Translations under genes and position numbers: made by a program
The notes under the pieces: generated by a model
What the model was told of the DNA's origin: nothing
What the model saw: the letters and a program-made list of their open reading frames with translations, nothing else
Database searches by the model: none
Origin: an uncultured Alphaproteobacteria bacterium
GTDB taxonomy: Bacteria; Pseudomonadota; Alphaproteobacteria; Rs-D84
Direction: 5' to 3'
Assembly: GCA_944390225.1 (NCBI GenBank)
Contig: CALXPB010000002.1
Location: forward strand, 63,650 to 127,649
Length of the DNA: 64,000 nt
Shown here: one piece after another, positions 15,145 through 24,593 of the stretch
Layout of the letters: each line of letters begins with the position of its first letter
Position numbering within the stretch: the stretch's first letter is position 1

Positions 15145-18100
15145 ATGGCATATCCAAAAACAGAACCAAAAGCAGACTTTCCAAAGATGGAGCATGAAAT
15201 ATTAGCTTTCTGGAGAAGTGATGACACGTTTCATAAGTCATTGAATCAAACTAAATTAGGTCATCCTTTCTCGTTCTATGACGGTCCTCCGTTTGGAAAC
15301 GGACTTCCGCACTGGGGGCACTTGGGCGTTTCTACAATTAAAGATATGGTATGCCGTTATCAAACAATGATTGGTAAACATGTTGTTCGCGAACTTGGTT
15401 GGGATTGTCATGGACTGCCTGCTGAAAACTCTGTTGAGAAGAAACAAGGAAAACGCGCAAAAGATATAGTTGCAGAACAGGGTATAGAAACTTTTTGTAA
15501 TATGTGTCGCGATGGCGTTTTAACTTATACCAAAGAATGGGAGAAATTTATTGAACGCATGGGTAGATGGGTAGATGTCGGTGAAGGCTATGGTTATAAA
15601 ACAATGGATAAAAATTACATGGAATCCATGCTTTGGACATTAAAATCTTTGTATGAAAAGGGTTTATTGTATAAAGATTATAGTGTAAACCCGTTTGACT
15701 GGGTAAATGGTACCGTAATTTCTAATTCCGAGGCTTCACAGGACTACCGCGATGTCGTAGACGATGCCGTAACAGTATGGTTTGAATTAGAAAATGGCGA
15801 TAGAGTTCTTGCTTGGACAACGACTCCTTGGACGCTACCTGCAAATTCTGCCTTGGCAGTTAACCCAGATATGAAATATCTGCGTATGCAAGACGAAGAC
15901 GGTGCTGTATACATAATTGCCCAAACAAGACTTTCTGCTTATGAAAAACAATTTTCTGCTTCTAGAAAAATAGGGGAAATAAGCGGAAAAGAACTTGTCG
16001 GGAAGCATTATAAACCTTTATTTAATTATTATGAAGGCACGTCTGATTTATTATACCAAGTAATACCTGCGGAATACGTATCTGATTCTGACGGTACCGG
16101 CATAGTTCATATTGCACCAGCATACGGGCAAGAAGACTTTTGGGCCGCAAAAAATATAGACCCTAAATTCCCTGTAATTTTAAACGTTGATGCATACGGT
16201 AATTTTACCTCAGAAGTCAAAGAGTGGGCAGGAGAAAATATATTTGAAGCAAACTCTAAAATAATACAGTACTTACGCGACAAAGGATATCTGGTAAAAA
16301 AAGAACAATATAAACACAGTTATCCTTATAGCGACAGAAGTAAAGAAAAATTAATTTATCGTGCTACTGACTCTTGGTATATAGACGTACCAAAAATCAA
16401 AGATTCTTTACTTGCCAATAACGCAAAAGTTAATTGGACTTCTGCCGGCGAACGTTTTCGTACTTGGATAGAAGGGGCACGTCCTTGGTCTATATCCAGA
16501 AACCGTTTCTGGGGAACGCCTTTACCCATTTGGGAAAAGGACGGAGAATATAAAATATTCGGTTCAATTGCAGAATTGGAAGAGTTTTTCGGGGTAAAAG
16601 TAGAAGACCTGCATAGACCAACCTTGGACAAACTTACAAAAGACGGTTGGAAACGTATACCTGATGTTTTAGACTGCTGGGTAGAGTCAGGTTCTATGCC
16701 ATGGGCATCATTACATTACCCGTTTGAAAATGTCGAGAAATTTAAGGTTTCATTTCCGGCAGACTACATCATAGAGGGTCAAGATCAAACACGTGGTTGG
16801 TTCTATTCTCTGATGGTTCTGGCAACTGCGTTATTTGATAAACCTGCGTTCATGACTGTATCGGCAAACGGGCTAGTTGTTGATGAGAATAAAAAGAAAT
16901 TTTCTAAATCATTACAAAATTTCGTAAACCCAGAATTACAAATTGAGCAATTCGGTGCAGATGCTATACGTTTATTCATACAAGGTTCTAACTTTATGAA
17001 AGCGGAACCGGTTCCTGTTGATAAAGAAGGAAAAGTTTTTACCGAATCCGTAAAAACTATATTGACTCCGCTTTGGAACGCATACCATTTCTTTACACTA
17101 TATGCGAACGCAGGAAACATATCTGCACAAGGAAAAACAGACTCAGAAAACGCGCTAGATAAATATATTATGGCAGAACTGAACGAGTTAATTTCCATAG
17201 TAGGTTCGGCACTTGATGAATATAAACCAGATGTTGCTATTAAAGAATTTGTTCGTTTCTTAGACGTTCTTAATAACTGGTATATTCGTCGTGGGCGCGC
17301 ACGTTTCTGGGACGAAGACCAAGATGCTTTTAATACTTTGTATTTTGTATTAATAACTTTATGTCGTACGCTTGCGCCTTTTGCGCCGTTTATCAGCGAA
17401 TATATTTATAGGAATCTAACAGGTGCAGAAAGCGTGCATCTGCAATCGTTCCCAGTCGCACAAGAATATGACCATAAAATCATAGAAGACATGCGTCGCG
17501 TTCAATCGATTGTTTCTGTTGGTAAACAACTGCGAGAACAGTATAAACTACATAACCGCTTACCACTGTCTAAAATGACGGTTGCCGGGAAAAATTTAAC
17601 AGAATATACGGATATAATAAAAGATGAATTAAATGTAAAAGAAATTGACTTTACTTCTGAAATATCCGGAGTTGCAGATTCTTTTGTATATTTGATTACG
17701 CCTAAAATCGGTGCAAGACTTGGCGGTGCTCTTAAAGAAATCATACCTGCTGTCAAACGCGGAGAATATGAAATCTCGGGAAAAACTATGAAAGTGGGCA
17801 ACTATGTTCTGAATGACGAAGAATTTGAAAACAGACTGACGGTTAAAGACGGTGTAACTGGTGCGGCATTACCAGACAATACAGCGGTTGTTATATTAGA
17901 TACAGAACTAAACTCTGAATTAATTGCAGAAGGTCTTGCTAATGATGCGCTACGTTTTATACAAGAAACTCGTAAAAACGCTGGAATGGATGTATCAGAT
18001 AGAATAAAATTAGAATATGATGCTGATCCTGCTCTTGCCAATGCGATAGAACAACATCGCGAGCATATAATGTCAGAAGCCTTGATTACTGATATGTCAA

Positions 18101-18168
18101 GAGGAGCAGGAGAGTATAAAAAAGAAATAGAAGGATACAACTTATCTGTATCCATAAAAAAAGCATAA
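15145..18168 (+). CDS. ileS: isoleucyl-tRNA synthetase (long type-2-like form, no C-terminal Cys cluster)
   Basis: HIGH variant PHWGHLG, KMSKS variant KKFSKS, editing-domain TTTPWTLPAN. The 1007-aa protein has a C-terminus without Cys residues. Confidence 0.95.
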   Translation: MAYPKTEPKADFPKMEHEILAFWRSDDTFHKSLNQTKLGHPFSFYDGPPFGNGLPHWGHLGVSTIKDMVCRYQTMIGKHVVRELGWDCHGLPAENSVEKKQGKRAKDIVAEQGIETFCNMCRDGVLTYTKEWEKFIERMGRWVDVGEGYGYKTMDKNYMESMLWTLKSLYEKGLLYKDYSVNPFDWVNGTVISNSEASQDYRDVVDDAVTVWFELENGDRVLAWTTTPWTLPANSALAVNPDMKYLRMQDEDGAVYIIAQTRLSAYEKQFSASRKIGEISGKELVGKHYKPLFNYYEGTSDLLYQVIPAEYVSDSDGTGIVHIAPAYGQEDFWAAKNIDPKFPVILNVDAYGNFTSEVKEWAGENIFEANSKIIQYLRDKGYLVKKEQYKHSYPYSDRSKEKLIYRATDSWYIDVPKIKDSLLANNAKVNWTSAGERFRTWIEGARPWSISRNRFWGTPLPIWEKDGEYKIFGSIAELEEFFGVKVEDLHRPTLDKLTKDGWKRIPDVLDCWVESGSMPWASLHYPFENVEKFKVSFPADYIIEGQDQTRGWFYSLMVLATALFDKPAFMTVSANGLVVDENKKKFSKSLQNFVNPELQIEQFGADAIRLFIQGSNFMKAEPVPVDKEGKVFTESVKTILTPLWNAYHFFTLYANAGNISAQGKTDSENALDKYIMAELNELISIVGSALDEYKPDVAIKEFVRFLDVLNNWYIRRGRARFWDEDQDAFNTLYFVLITLCRTLAPFAPFISEYIYRNLTGAESVHLQSFPVAQEYDHKIIEDMRRVQSIVSVGKQLREQYKLHNRLPLSKMTVAGKNLTEYTDIIKDELNVKEIDFTSEISGVADSFVYLITPKIGARLGGALKEIIPAVKRGEYEISGKTMKVGNYVLNDEEFENRLTVKDGVTGAALPDNTAVVILDTELNSELIAEGLANDALRFIQETRKNAGMDVSDRIKLEYDADPALANAIEQHREHIMSEALITDMSRGAGEYKKEIEGYNLSVSIKKA

Positions 18169-18180
18169 AGGAGTAAAATT

Positions 18181-18555
18181 ATGCGTAAAGTTCTGTATAT
18201 AATTTTGAGCGTTTTAATTATATGTGGTTTATTCGGTATCGGGTTTTATATTGGTACATTGGATAACAAAAAAGAACATGAAATAGTAATAACATCGGAA
18301 TGTGTCGGAACAGGCGTTCAGAAAAGTTTTTCTGCCGCATACGAAACACAAAACGGTAAAGTCATAAAAGACGAACAGACTAAGACAAAAAGGTATTCAA
18401 CCAGATGTTTATGTTATGTTTCAAATCAGACCTATCAAAATTTATGGGTAGATTTTGTTGAAATGTATGCAGACAGTGCCGATGCTGTAAAAACAGAATG
18501 TGAAACGAACTGTCAAAAAATATGTGAAGAACGACTATCTGAATTTTCTTTATAA
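18181..18555 (+). CDS. hypothetical membrane-anchored Cys-rich protein
   Basis: N-terminal TM helix (ILSVLIICGLFGIGFYIG) and 8 Cys in the soluble part. The gene is tightly packed between ileS and nth. Confidence 0.5.
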   Translation: MRKVLYIILSVLIICGLFGIGFYIGTLDNKKEHEIVITSECVGTGVQKSFSAAYETQNGKVIKDEQTKTKRYSTRCLCYVSNQTYQNLWVDFVEMYADSADAVKTECETNCQKICEERLSEFSL

Positions 18556-18558
18556 AAA

Positions 18559-19215
18559 ATGAAACCGGAAATATATTTTCGCGAGGTACCGAAAACAATA
18601 AACATGGGCATTCGTTCTGAATTGTATAGTACGAATGAGTTTACTTTTGCGGTTGCAGTTATTTTATCTGCACAAGCAACAGATAAAAAAGTAAACGAGG
18701 TTACTCCTGAACTATTCCGCGTTGCACCAAGTCCGGCAAAAATGCTGGCACTTGGTGAAGACGGAATTAAAAAATATATTCGCGTAATATCATTTTTTAA
18801 TAACAAAGCCAGAAGCATTATAGGCTTATCCGTACGATTAATGGATGAAAAAAATAATTCCGATGAAAATTATAAATTCCCAAAAAAATTTCATAATCGT
18901 GATGCTTTAATGAAATTACCGGGTATCGGACAAAAAACTGCAAATGTTGTAATGAATGTTTTATGGGATGCTCCGAATATAGGGGTTGATACACATGTGT
19001 TTAGACTTTCACACAGATTTGGTTGGGCGGAAGATTCAGATAACACACCAGAAAAAGTGGAAGAAAAACTTATAAAGAAAATTCCGAAAAAATATCATTC
19101 TATGGTAAATCATGTCATGGTTTTGCACGGCAGATATATTTGCAAAGCCCTAAAACCAAAATGCGCAGAATGTCCTGTTGCACGTTGGTGTAACGCATTA
19201 GATAAAACAATTTAA
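18559..19215 (+). CDS. nth: endonuclease III
   Basis: HhH LPGIGQKTANVV, VDTHVFRL, and the 4Fe-4S cluster CKALKPKCAECPVARWC. Confidence 0.9.
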   Translation: MKPEIYFREVPKTINMGIRSELYSTNEFTFAVAVILSAQATDKKVNEVTPELFRVAPSPAKMLALGEDGIKKYIRVISFFNNKARSIIGLSVRLMDEKNNSDENYKFPKKFHNRDALMKLPGIGQKTANVVMNVLWDAPNIGVDTHVFRLSHRFGWAEDSDNTPEKVEEKLIKKIPKKYHSMVNHVMVLHGRYICKALKPKCAECPVARWCNALDKTI

Positions 19216-19241
19216 AAAAGCCGGTATTTGCCGGCTTTTTT
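19214..19241. terminator. bidirectional terminator (nth / pheT)
   Basis: A-run, AGCCGG, loop TATTTG, CCGGCT, T-run. Confidence 0.65.
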
Positions 19242-19247
19242 ATTACT

Positions 19248-21551
19248 TTATTTATCACGTATTTTTGCGTTACATTTCTTCTCGACATTTTCTATAACCG
19301 CATTTTGAATTTTTAATAAATCTTCATCAGACATATTTTCCGTCGGTATTATAGTTATCGTAAATGCAACAGATTTTTTACCGTCACCCATATCAAATGA
19401 ATCAAATACGACTGCTCCTTTGATTCTGGAATCAGCAGAAACGGCACTGCTTGTCAGTTTTTCAGCAGGAAAATCAGAATCTACTATAAAAGCGAAATCG
19501 CGCGTAATAGGTTGAAAATCACTTATTACAAGCTCTTTCGATTTTTTTGCTTTCGGCAAATTTTCTACATCTTCTATTATTGCCACCATAACAGGTGTTT
19601 TTATCTTCATAGTATGTGCAATAGACGGATGCAATTCACCAAACTCTGCTATTTTTTTATTTCCTTGCATAATCGCACCATATCTGAACGTATGCGCCCA
19701 ACGCGGTGAATTTTCAGCACTTACAGAGAATTCTTGCCCATGCATCAGTGCAATTAAATCTGCTTTTACATCGTATATGTCATATATGCGATTTCTACCT
19801 TGCCAATGTTTCGGTGATGTGTTTCCACTGCGAATTATACATATTTGAGTATGCTGTTGTTCCGGCATATCACCATCAAACACTGTTCCTAATTCAAAAA
19901 TATTTAAATCGGGATAACCGCGCTTTTCGTTTTCTGCAACAAACTCTAACAGCGAACCAAGCAAATTGTTTCTTGCCGTATCCATCGTGGATATTATAGG
20001 ATTGGCAATCTTTACACTTGGTTTATCTGATAATAAACTCTCGATTTTTGAGTTTCCAAAACCAAAAGATTTTGCTTCATTTAAACCACGCGTAGCCAGT
20101 TCCTTTTTAATACCCATATAATAATCTGTATGCTTTGCTGCATCAGATACTTTATGCTCTGCAACCTTTGATATGTTTTCATAACCATAAACACGTATTA
20201 ATTCCGATACTATATTTTCTGGTAAAACAACATCTACGCGCGCAGATGTCGGTACAACGCTCCAAACATCTTTTTTTTCAGATACGTTAAAACCTAATTT
20301 TTCTAAAATCTCGCGCTGACGAGACTCATCCATATCTATACCAGTTTTCTTCTTAAATAAATCTGGACTATATTTTATTGCACGTGTTTCTTTCGGTATT
20401 TCACCACCAATACAAGTACCTACTATTTTACCACCACATGCATCCATTATTATTTTTGCCGCCTTTGACAGTGCAACCCCAGAAATTGTAGGATCTATAC
20501 CGCGTTCATATCTGTATGAAGAATCAGTTGATACCCCAATTCGCTTTGATGTCTTACGAACGGAAACCGGATTGAAATATGCGCTTTCCAAAATAATATT
20601 CTTTGTACTGTCTGTCGTCATTCCACGCGCACCACCAACAACACCTGCTAATGCAAGTATGCCTTTTTCATCCGCAATTACTATATCTGCATCAGATAAC
20701 TCATGTTCACTGCCAAACAAGTCTGTAAATTTTTCACCATTCTTTGCATTACGAACGGTTATATCACCCTTGATTTCATCGGCATCAAAACAGTGCATAG
20801 GCTGCGCCATATCATAACAAATATAATTTGTCGCATCTATCGGTGCATTCTTTGGATTTATACCGATTGCCGCAAGACGCGATTTTACAGTGCTTGAACT
20901 TGGCGCAACTTTTATATCATGTATTTCACAGAATTGATATACGAGACATTTATCTGTTTCTATATTTACCTTTCTTGCACCTTTTATAGCAGGTAAAATT
21001 TCGTCTTTTGGTGCTATATATTCGCCTAAACCGCAAGCCGCTAAATCACGCGCTATACCGCGGACTGCTAAATAATCTGGACGGTTTGGTGTAATACCGG
21101 CATCAAAAACGATTTCTGTGTTTATTACAGGCGAGCCTACTATGGTATCTTCTGGTAATTCAATGATACCACTGTGGTCTTCATTTATCCCCAATTCACG
21201 ACCGCTACACATCATGCCGTCTGATAATACACCACGCAATTTACCGCTTTGAATTTCATGTCCTTCTATTATGCAACCGGGTCTTGCCAGCGCAGAAATC
21301 ATGCCGATGCGTACATTCGGAGCCCCGCATACAACCTGACGCAAATTACCACTGCCATCATCTACTTTTAATACATGCAAATGGTCGCTGTTTTCATGCG
21401 CCGTGCATTCGATAATCTTTGCAGCAATGGGAGCAACTGGCTCTATTAATTCTTCAACCTCTAACCCAGTACGAGTCAAAGTATCTGCAACCCGAGACGC
21501 ATCTGCGTCCGTTTTTAAATAGTCTTTCAACCAATCATAAGTCCATTTCAT
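19248..21551 (-). CDS. pheT: phenylalanyl-tRNA synthetase beta subunit
   Basis: The ATG at 21551 gives MKWTYDWLKDYL, a typical PheT N-terminus. An OB tRNA-binding domain (VVCGAPNV) is present. It lies directly downstream of pheS. Confidence 0.9.
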   Translation of the reverse strand: MKWTYDWLKDYLKTDADASRVADTLTRTGLEVEELIEPVAPIAAKIIECTAHENSDHLHVLKVDDGSGNLRQVVCGAPNVRIGMISALARPGCIIEGHEIQSGKLRGVLSDGMMCSGRELGINEDHSGIIELPEDTIVGSPVINTEIVFDAGITPNRPDYLAVRGIARDLAACGLGEYIAPKDEILPAIKGARKVNIETDKCLVYQFCEIHDIKVAPSSSTVKSRLAAIGINPKNAPIDATNYICYDMAQPMHCFDADEIKGDITVRNAKNGEKFTDLFGSEHELSDADIVIADEKGILALAGVVGGARGMTTDSTKNIILESAYFNPVSVRKTSKRIGVSTDSSYRYERGIDPTISGVALSKAAKIIMDACGGKIVGTCIGGEIPKETRAIKYSPDLFKKKTGIDMDESRQREILEKLGFNVSEKKDVWSVVPTSARVDVVLPENIVSELIRVYGYENISKVAEHKVSDAAKHTDYYMGIKKELATRGLNEAKSFGFGNSKIESLLSDKPSVKIANPIISTMDTARNNLLGSLLEFVAENEKRGYPDLNIFELGTVFDGDMPEQQHTQICIIRSGNTSPKHWQGRNRIYDIYDVKADLIALMHGQEFSVSAENSPRWAHTFRYGAIMQGNKKIAEFGELHPSIAHTMKIKTPVMVAIIEDVENLPKAKKSKELVISDFQPITRDFAFIVDSDFPAEKLTSSAVSADSRIKGAVVFDSFDMGDGKKSVAFTITIIPTENMSDEDLLKIQNAVIENVEKKCNAKIRDK

Positions 21552-21568
21552 TTTACGCCTCGTTATAT

Positions 21569-22516
21569 CTAGAATCCTGCACTTTCCAACCAACGAACAT
21601 CCCCGTCATAAAACTTGCGTATGTCATTTAACCCGTATTTTAACATAGCAAGTCTGTCCCAACCAAAACCAAAGGCAAAACCTTGATATTCGTCTGGGTT
21701 TATACCGCAATTACTCAGAACATTCGGATGAACCATACCCGACCCCATTAATTCTAACCATTTATTTCCATTCCATTTCATATCTATTTCTATACTCGGT
21801 TCTGTAAAAGGGAAATAAGACGGACGAATGCGTAATTCTACATTGTCCATTTCAAAGAACCTTTTTAAAAATTCTTGAACATCACCTATCAAATTGGACA
21901 TTGTAATGTCTTTATCTATATACAATCCTTCTATCTGATGAAACATAGGACTGTGTGTTGCGTCGATTTCTTTACGATAGGTTGCACCGATACCGAACAT
22001 TTTTATAGGCGCACCCTTTTTTTCCATACTTCTTATCTGTATTGCGGATGTCTGTGTGCGCATTACATTACCATTAGGTAAAAAGAACGTATCCTGCATA
22101 TCGCGAGCAGGGTGATATACCGGAGTATTTAATGCTGTAAAATTATGCCAATCGTCTTCAATTTCTGGTCCTGTCCACATTTCATAACCAAAAGATTCAA
22201 GTATTCCAGAAATATCCGCCAAAGAATGCGTCAGCGGATGCAATGTACCAGCGTTTTCTGGTTCCGGATTTAAAGAAACATCTAACTTTTGTTTTTTTAA
22301 TCCCGCCATCATTGCGGCATTTTCCAATTCAGACTGACGCATCTTAAACAACTCACGCAAAGTGGTGTTTTCTTTATTTAATTCTGCGCGCGCATCATTA
22401 TCAAGATTCTTCATTTCTTTAAGACGCGCTGTCATTGTGCCGTTTTTACCGAAAGTTTCGGTATATAAGGCTTGCAACTCTTCCAACGTTTGAATATTTT
22501 TTATTTGTTCTTGCAT
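21569..22516 (-). CDS. pheS: phenylalanyl-tRNA synthetase alpha subunit
   Basis: Class II motifs: HPLT, TYRKE, GSGMVHPNVL and GFAFGFGWDRLAML. Confidence 0.9.
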   Translation of the reverse strand: MQEQIKNIQTLEELQALYTETFGKNGTMTARLKEMKNLDNDARAELNKENTTLRELFKMRQSELENAAMMAGLKKQKLDVSLNPEPENAGTLHPLTHSLADISGILESFGYEMWTGPEIEDDWHNFTALNTPVYHPARDMQDTFFLPNGNVMRTQTSAIQIRSMEKKGAPIKMFGIGATYRKEIDATHSPMFHQIEGLYIDKDITMSNLIGDVQEFLKRFFEMDNVELRIRPSYFPFTEPSIEIDMKWNGNKWLELMGSGMVHPNVLSNCGINPDEYQGFAFGFGWDRLAMLKYGLNDIRKFYDGDVRWLESAGF

Positions 22517-22530
22517 AGTTTCTACCTTAA

Positions 22531-22557
22531 AATAAAAAGCCGTCTATTGACGGCTTT
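22531..22557 (-). terminator. intrinsic terminator between rplT and pheS
   Basis: On the minus strand: GCCGTC, loop AATA, GACGGC, then TTTTTATTTT. It sits 15 nt upstream of the pheS start. Confidence 0.6.
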
Positions 22558-22590
22558 AATGATACAAAATAAAACACCTGCCGCCAAGGC

Positions 22591-22959
22591 TTATTTCGCT
22601 TCGGCAGAGATAAATCGTTTTGCAGTATCAATCAGTTTTGTGAAGTTTTCATCACCGGCATATGCCATTTCCGCCAAAACCTTGCGATCCAAAGCGACAC
22701 CGGCCTTTTTCAAACCATTCATGAACTGACTGTATGTCATACCGTTGCTACGTACCGCCGCGTTGATACGAACAATCCACAAACCACGAAATTCACGTTT
22801 TTTAACGCGACGATCGCGATATGCATATTGTCCTGCTTTTTCTGTTTTTTCGCGAGCAGCACGATAAGTTGTGCTATGACGACCCAGATACCCTTTGGCA
22901 CGGGTCAAAATCTTATTATGTTTCTGTTTTACGGTTGTTCCGCGTTTAACTCTTGCCAT
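22591..22959 (-). CDS. rplT: 50S ribosomal protein L20
   Basis: The N-terminus MARVKRGTTVKQKHNKIL is typical of L20. Confidence 0.95.
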   Translation of the reverse strand: MARVKRGTTVKQKHNKILTRAKGYLGRHSTTYRAAREKTEKAGQYAYRDRRVKKREFRGLWIVRINAAVRSNGMTYSQFMNGLKKAGVALDRKVLAEMAYAGDENFTKLIDTAKRFISAEAK

Positions 22960-22973
22960 AATCTACCCCCTTA

Positions 22974-23177
22974 TTATTTCAAACCGTATGGAGCCAAGAT
23001 TTTAGCCTGACCAACCATATTATCGTTTAAATACTGTGGTTTTGACCCAGCGTTATTTGCACGTTTAGATTTATTGCGTAACAGTTTCTTGTGGGCGTTT
23101 CTGGCAACGCGGATTTTACCGGTCGCAGTCATAGATGCGCGCTTTTTCAAGTACGACTTTGTCTTTAATTTCGGCAT
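22974..23177 (-). CDS. rpmI: 50S ribosomal protein L35
   Basis: MPKLKTKSYLKKR..., a basic 67-aa protein upstream of rplT. No infC is adjacent. Confidence 0.9.
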   Translation of the reverse strand: MPKLKTKSYLKKRASMTATGKIRVARNAHKKLLRNKSKRANNAGSKPQYLNDNMVGQAKILAPYGLK

Positions 23178-23316
23178 TTTTACCTCTTTTTTTACCCCTT
23201 ATGGCAATGCCTTTGCCATTTCGGTTTCGTTTAACTTGTGTTTTATTCTGACATATTTGAATGAAAAATCAAGTTTTTATTGAATGTTGTCTTTTTAGCG
23301 TCTAAACTATTCCCCG

Positions 23317-24138
23317 ATGAGTCAAAATAAATTATCTTCACGACTGTATACAATAATAAAGTCTGCTATTGTTGCGGCTCTTTTGCCGATTTTGTTTATA
23401 TATATAATGATTGCAAAACCAGATTATAAAGTTATGAACGGTCTGGCGCACATCATACTGCCCATAGCAAATTGGGCAGGTGATATAATAACTTGGCCAA
23501 TTCGCGCCATAGGAGATACCGTTGATAATATACGAGAACTGTCAAATCTCCGCACAGAAAACGAGGAACTACGCGTAAGATTAGATGAAGCACTTAAAAA
23601 TAAAACGACTTGCGAAATCGCCGTTCTTGAAAACCAGAAACTTGCGCGTGAGTTAGATATAGTACAAAATCAACCTCGTAATGCCGTCATTGCGGATGTC
23701 ATACACGACGATTCTGCTTTTCATTATGGTACTTTTTTTATAAACAAGGGCGTTAAACAGGGGCTTGAAAAGGGTATGGTCGTCATATCAACTGATGGTT
23801 TTATGGTTGGTATTATAACAGATGTAGCACCGCGTTTTTCAAAAGTTCGTGCTCTTACAGATTCTAAAACGAACATTTCTGTACGTATTGCCGGTTCTGA
23901 TGTTTACGGTTTCATGCAGGGAAACGGTTCCAGTGCACCAACAATCGGTTTTTTCAGCGATCCGGAATTTCAACCGTCGTCTGGTATAAAAATAGTTACA
24001 AGTAATATAAGCGGTGTTCTGCCAAACGATATTCCAGTCGGTAATATGATAAATGAAACGGATGTAAATGTTTTACAACCAAAAAAATTATCACGTGTAA
24101 TTGTTCTGTCGTTTGATACGCAAGATGAATACAAATGA
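23317..24138 (+). CDS. mreC: rod shape-determining protein MreC
   Basis: N-terminal TM helix, a coiled coil (ENEELRVRLDE), and a beta-rich C-terminus. It is the first gene of the mreCD-mrdA-rodA block. Confidence 0.8.
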   Translation: MSQNKLSSRLYTIIKSAIVAALLPILFIYIMIAKPDYKVMNGLAHIILPIANWAGDIITWPIRAIGDTVDNIRELSNLRTENEELRVRLDEALKNKTTCEIAVLENQKLARELDIVQNQPRNAVIADVIHDDSAFHYGTFFINKGVKQGLEKGMVVISTDGFMVGIITDVAPRFSKVRALTDSKTNISVRIAGSDVYGFMQGNGSSAPTIGFFSDPEFQPSSGIKIVTSNISGVLPNDIPVGNMINETDVNVLQPKKLSRVIVLSFDTQDEYK

Positions 24139-24593
24139 AAAATAAACTATTAAAGTTTTTAAAATCTGCTTTTCCATATATCATAGTTTTAATACTATGG
24201 CGGCTTTCTATCTCTTTTTGGAATCCGGCAGGAATTCTTGCTATCATACCAATTTTTTATTGCTCTTTCGTAAGACCTGTTCCTTGGTTTGCTCCGTTTG
24301 CAATAATTTTCTGTTTCTTAATAGATTACCGATTTGATTCTTTGATTTATTGGACTGTTATGTATTGTTTATTCTACGCCGCTAATGGGTTTCAGTCTTT
24401 TGTTGACTTATCCAGACAAGATAAAAACGCATTGCAAATATTTATGTTTTTTTTCGGAACGTCAATTTTAATTTTATCTTTTCTACATTTAAACATTTCA
24501 AATTTATTACGTTCTATATGGTTATTTGCTTGGGTTTCAACTTTATACATTCCTATAACAACATTAATCAAAAGAGTGTGCGATGATAGATAA
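24135..24593 (+). CDS. mreD: rod shape-determining protein MreD (putative)
   Basis: A polytopic 152-aa membrane protein between mreC and mrdA, with overlapping ATGA junctions. Confidence 0.6.
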   Translation: MKNKLLKFLKSAFPYIIVLILWRLSISFWNPAGILAIIPIFYCSFVRPVPWFAPFAIIFCFLIDYRFDSLIYWTVMYCLFYAANGFQSFVDLSRQDKNALQIFMFFFGTSILILSFLHLNISNLLRSIWLFAWVSTLYIPITTLIKRVCDDR

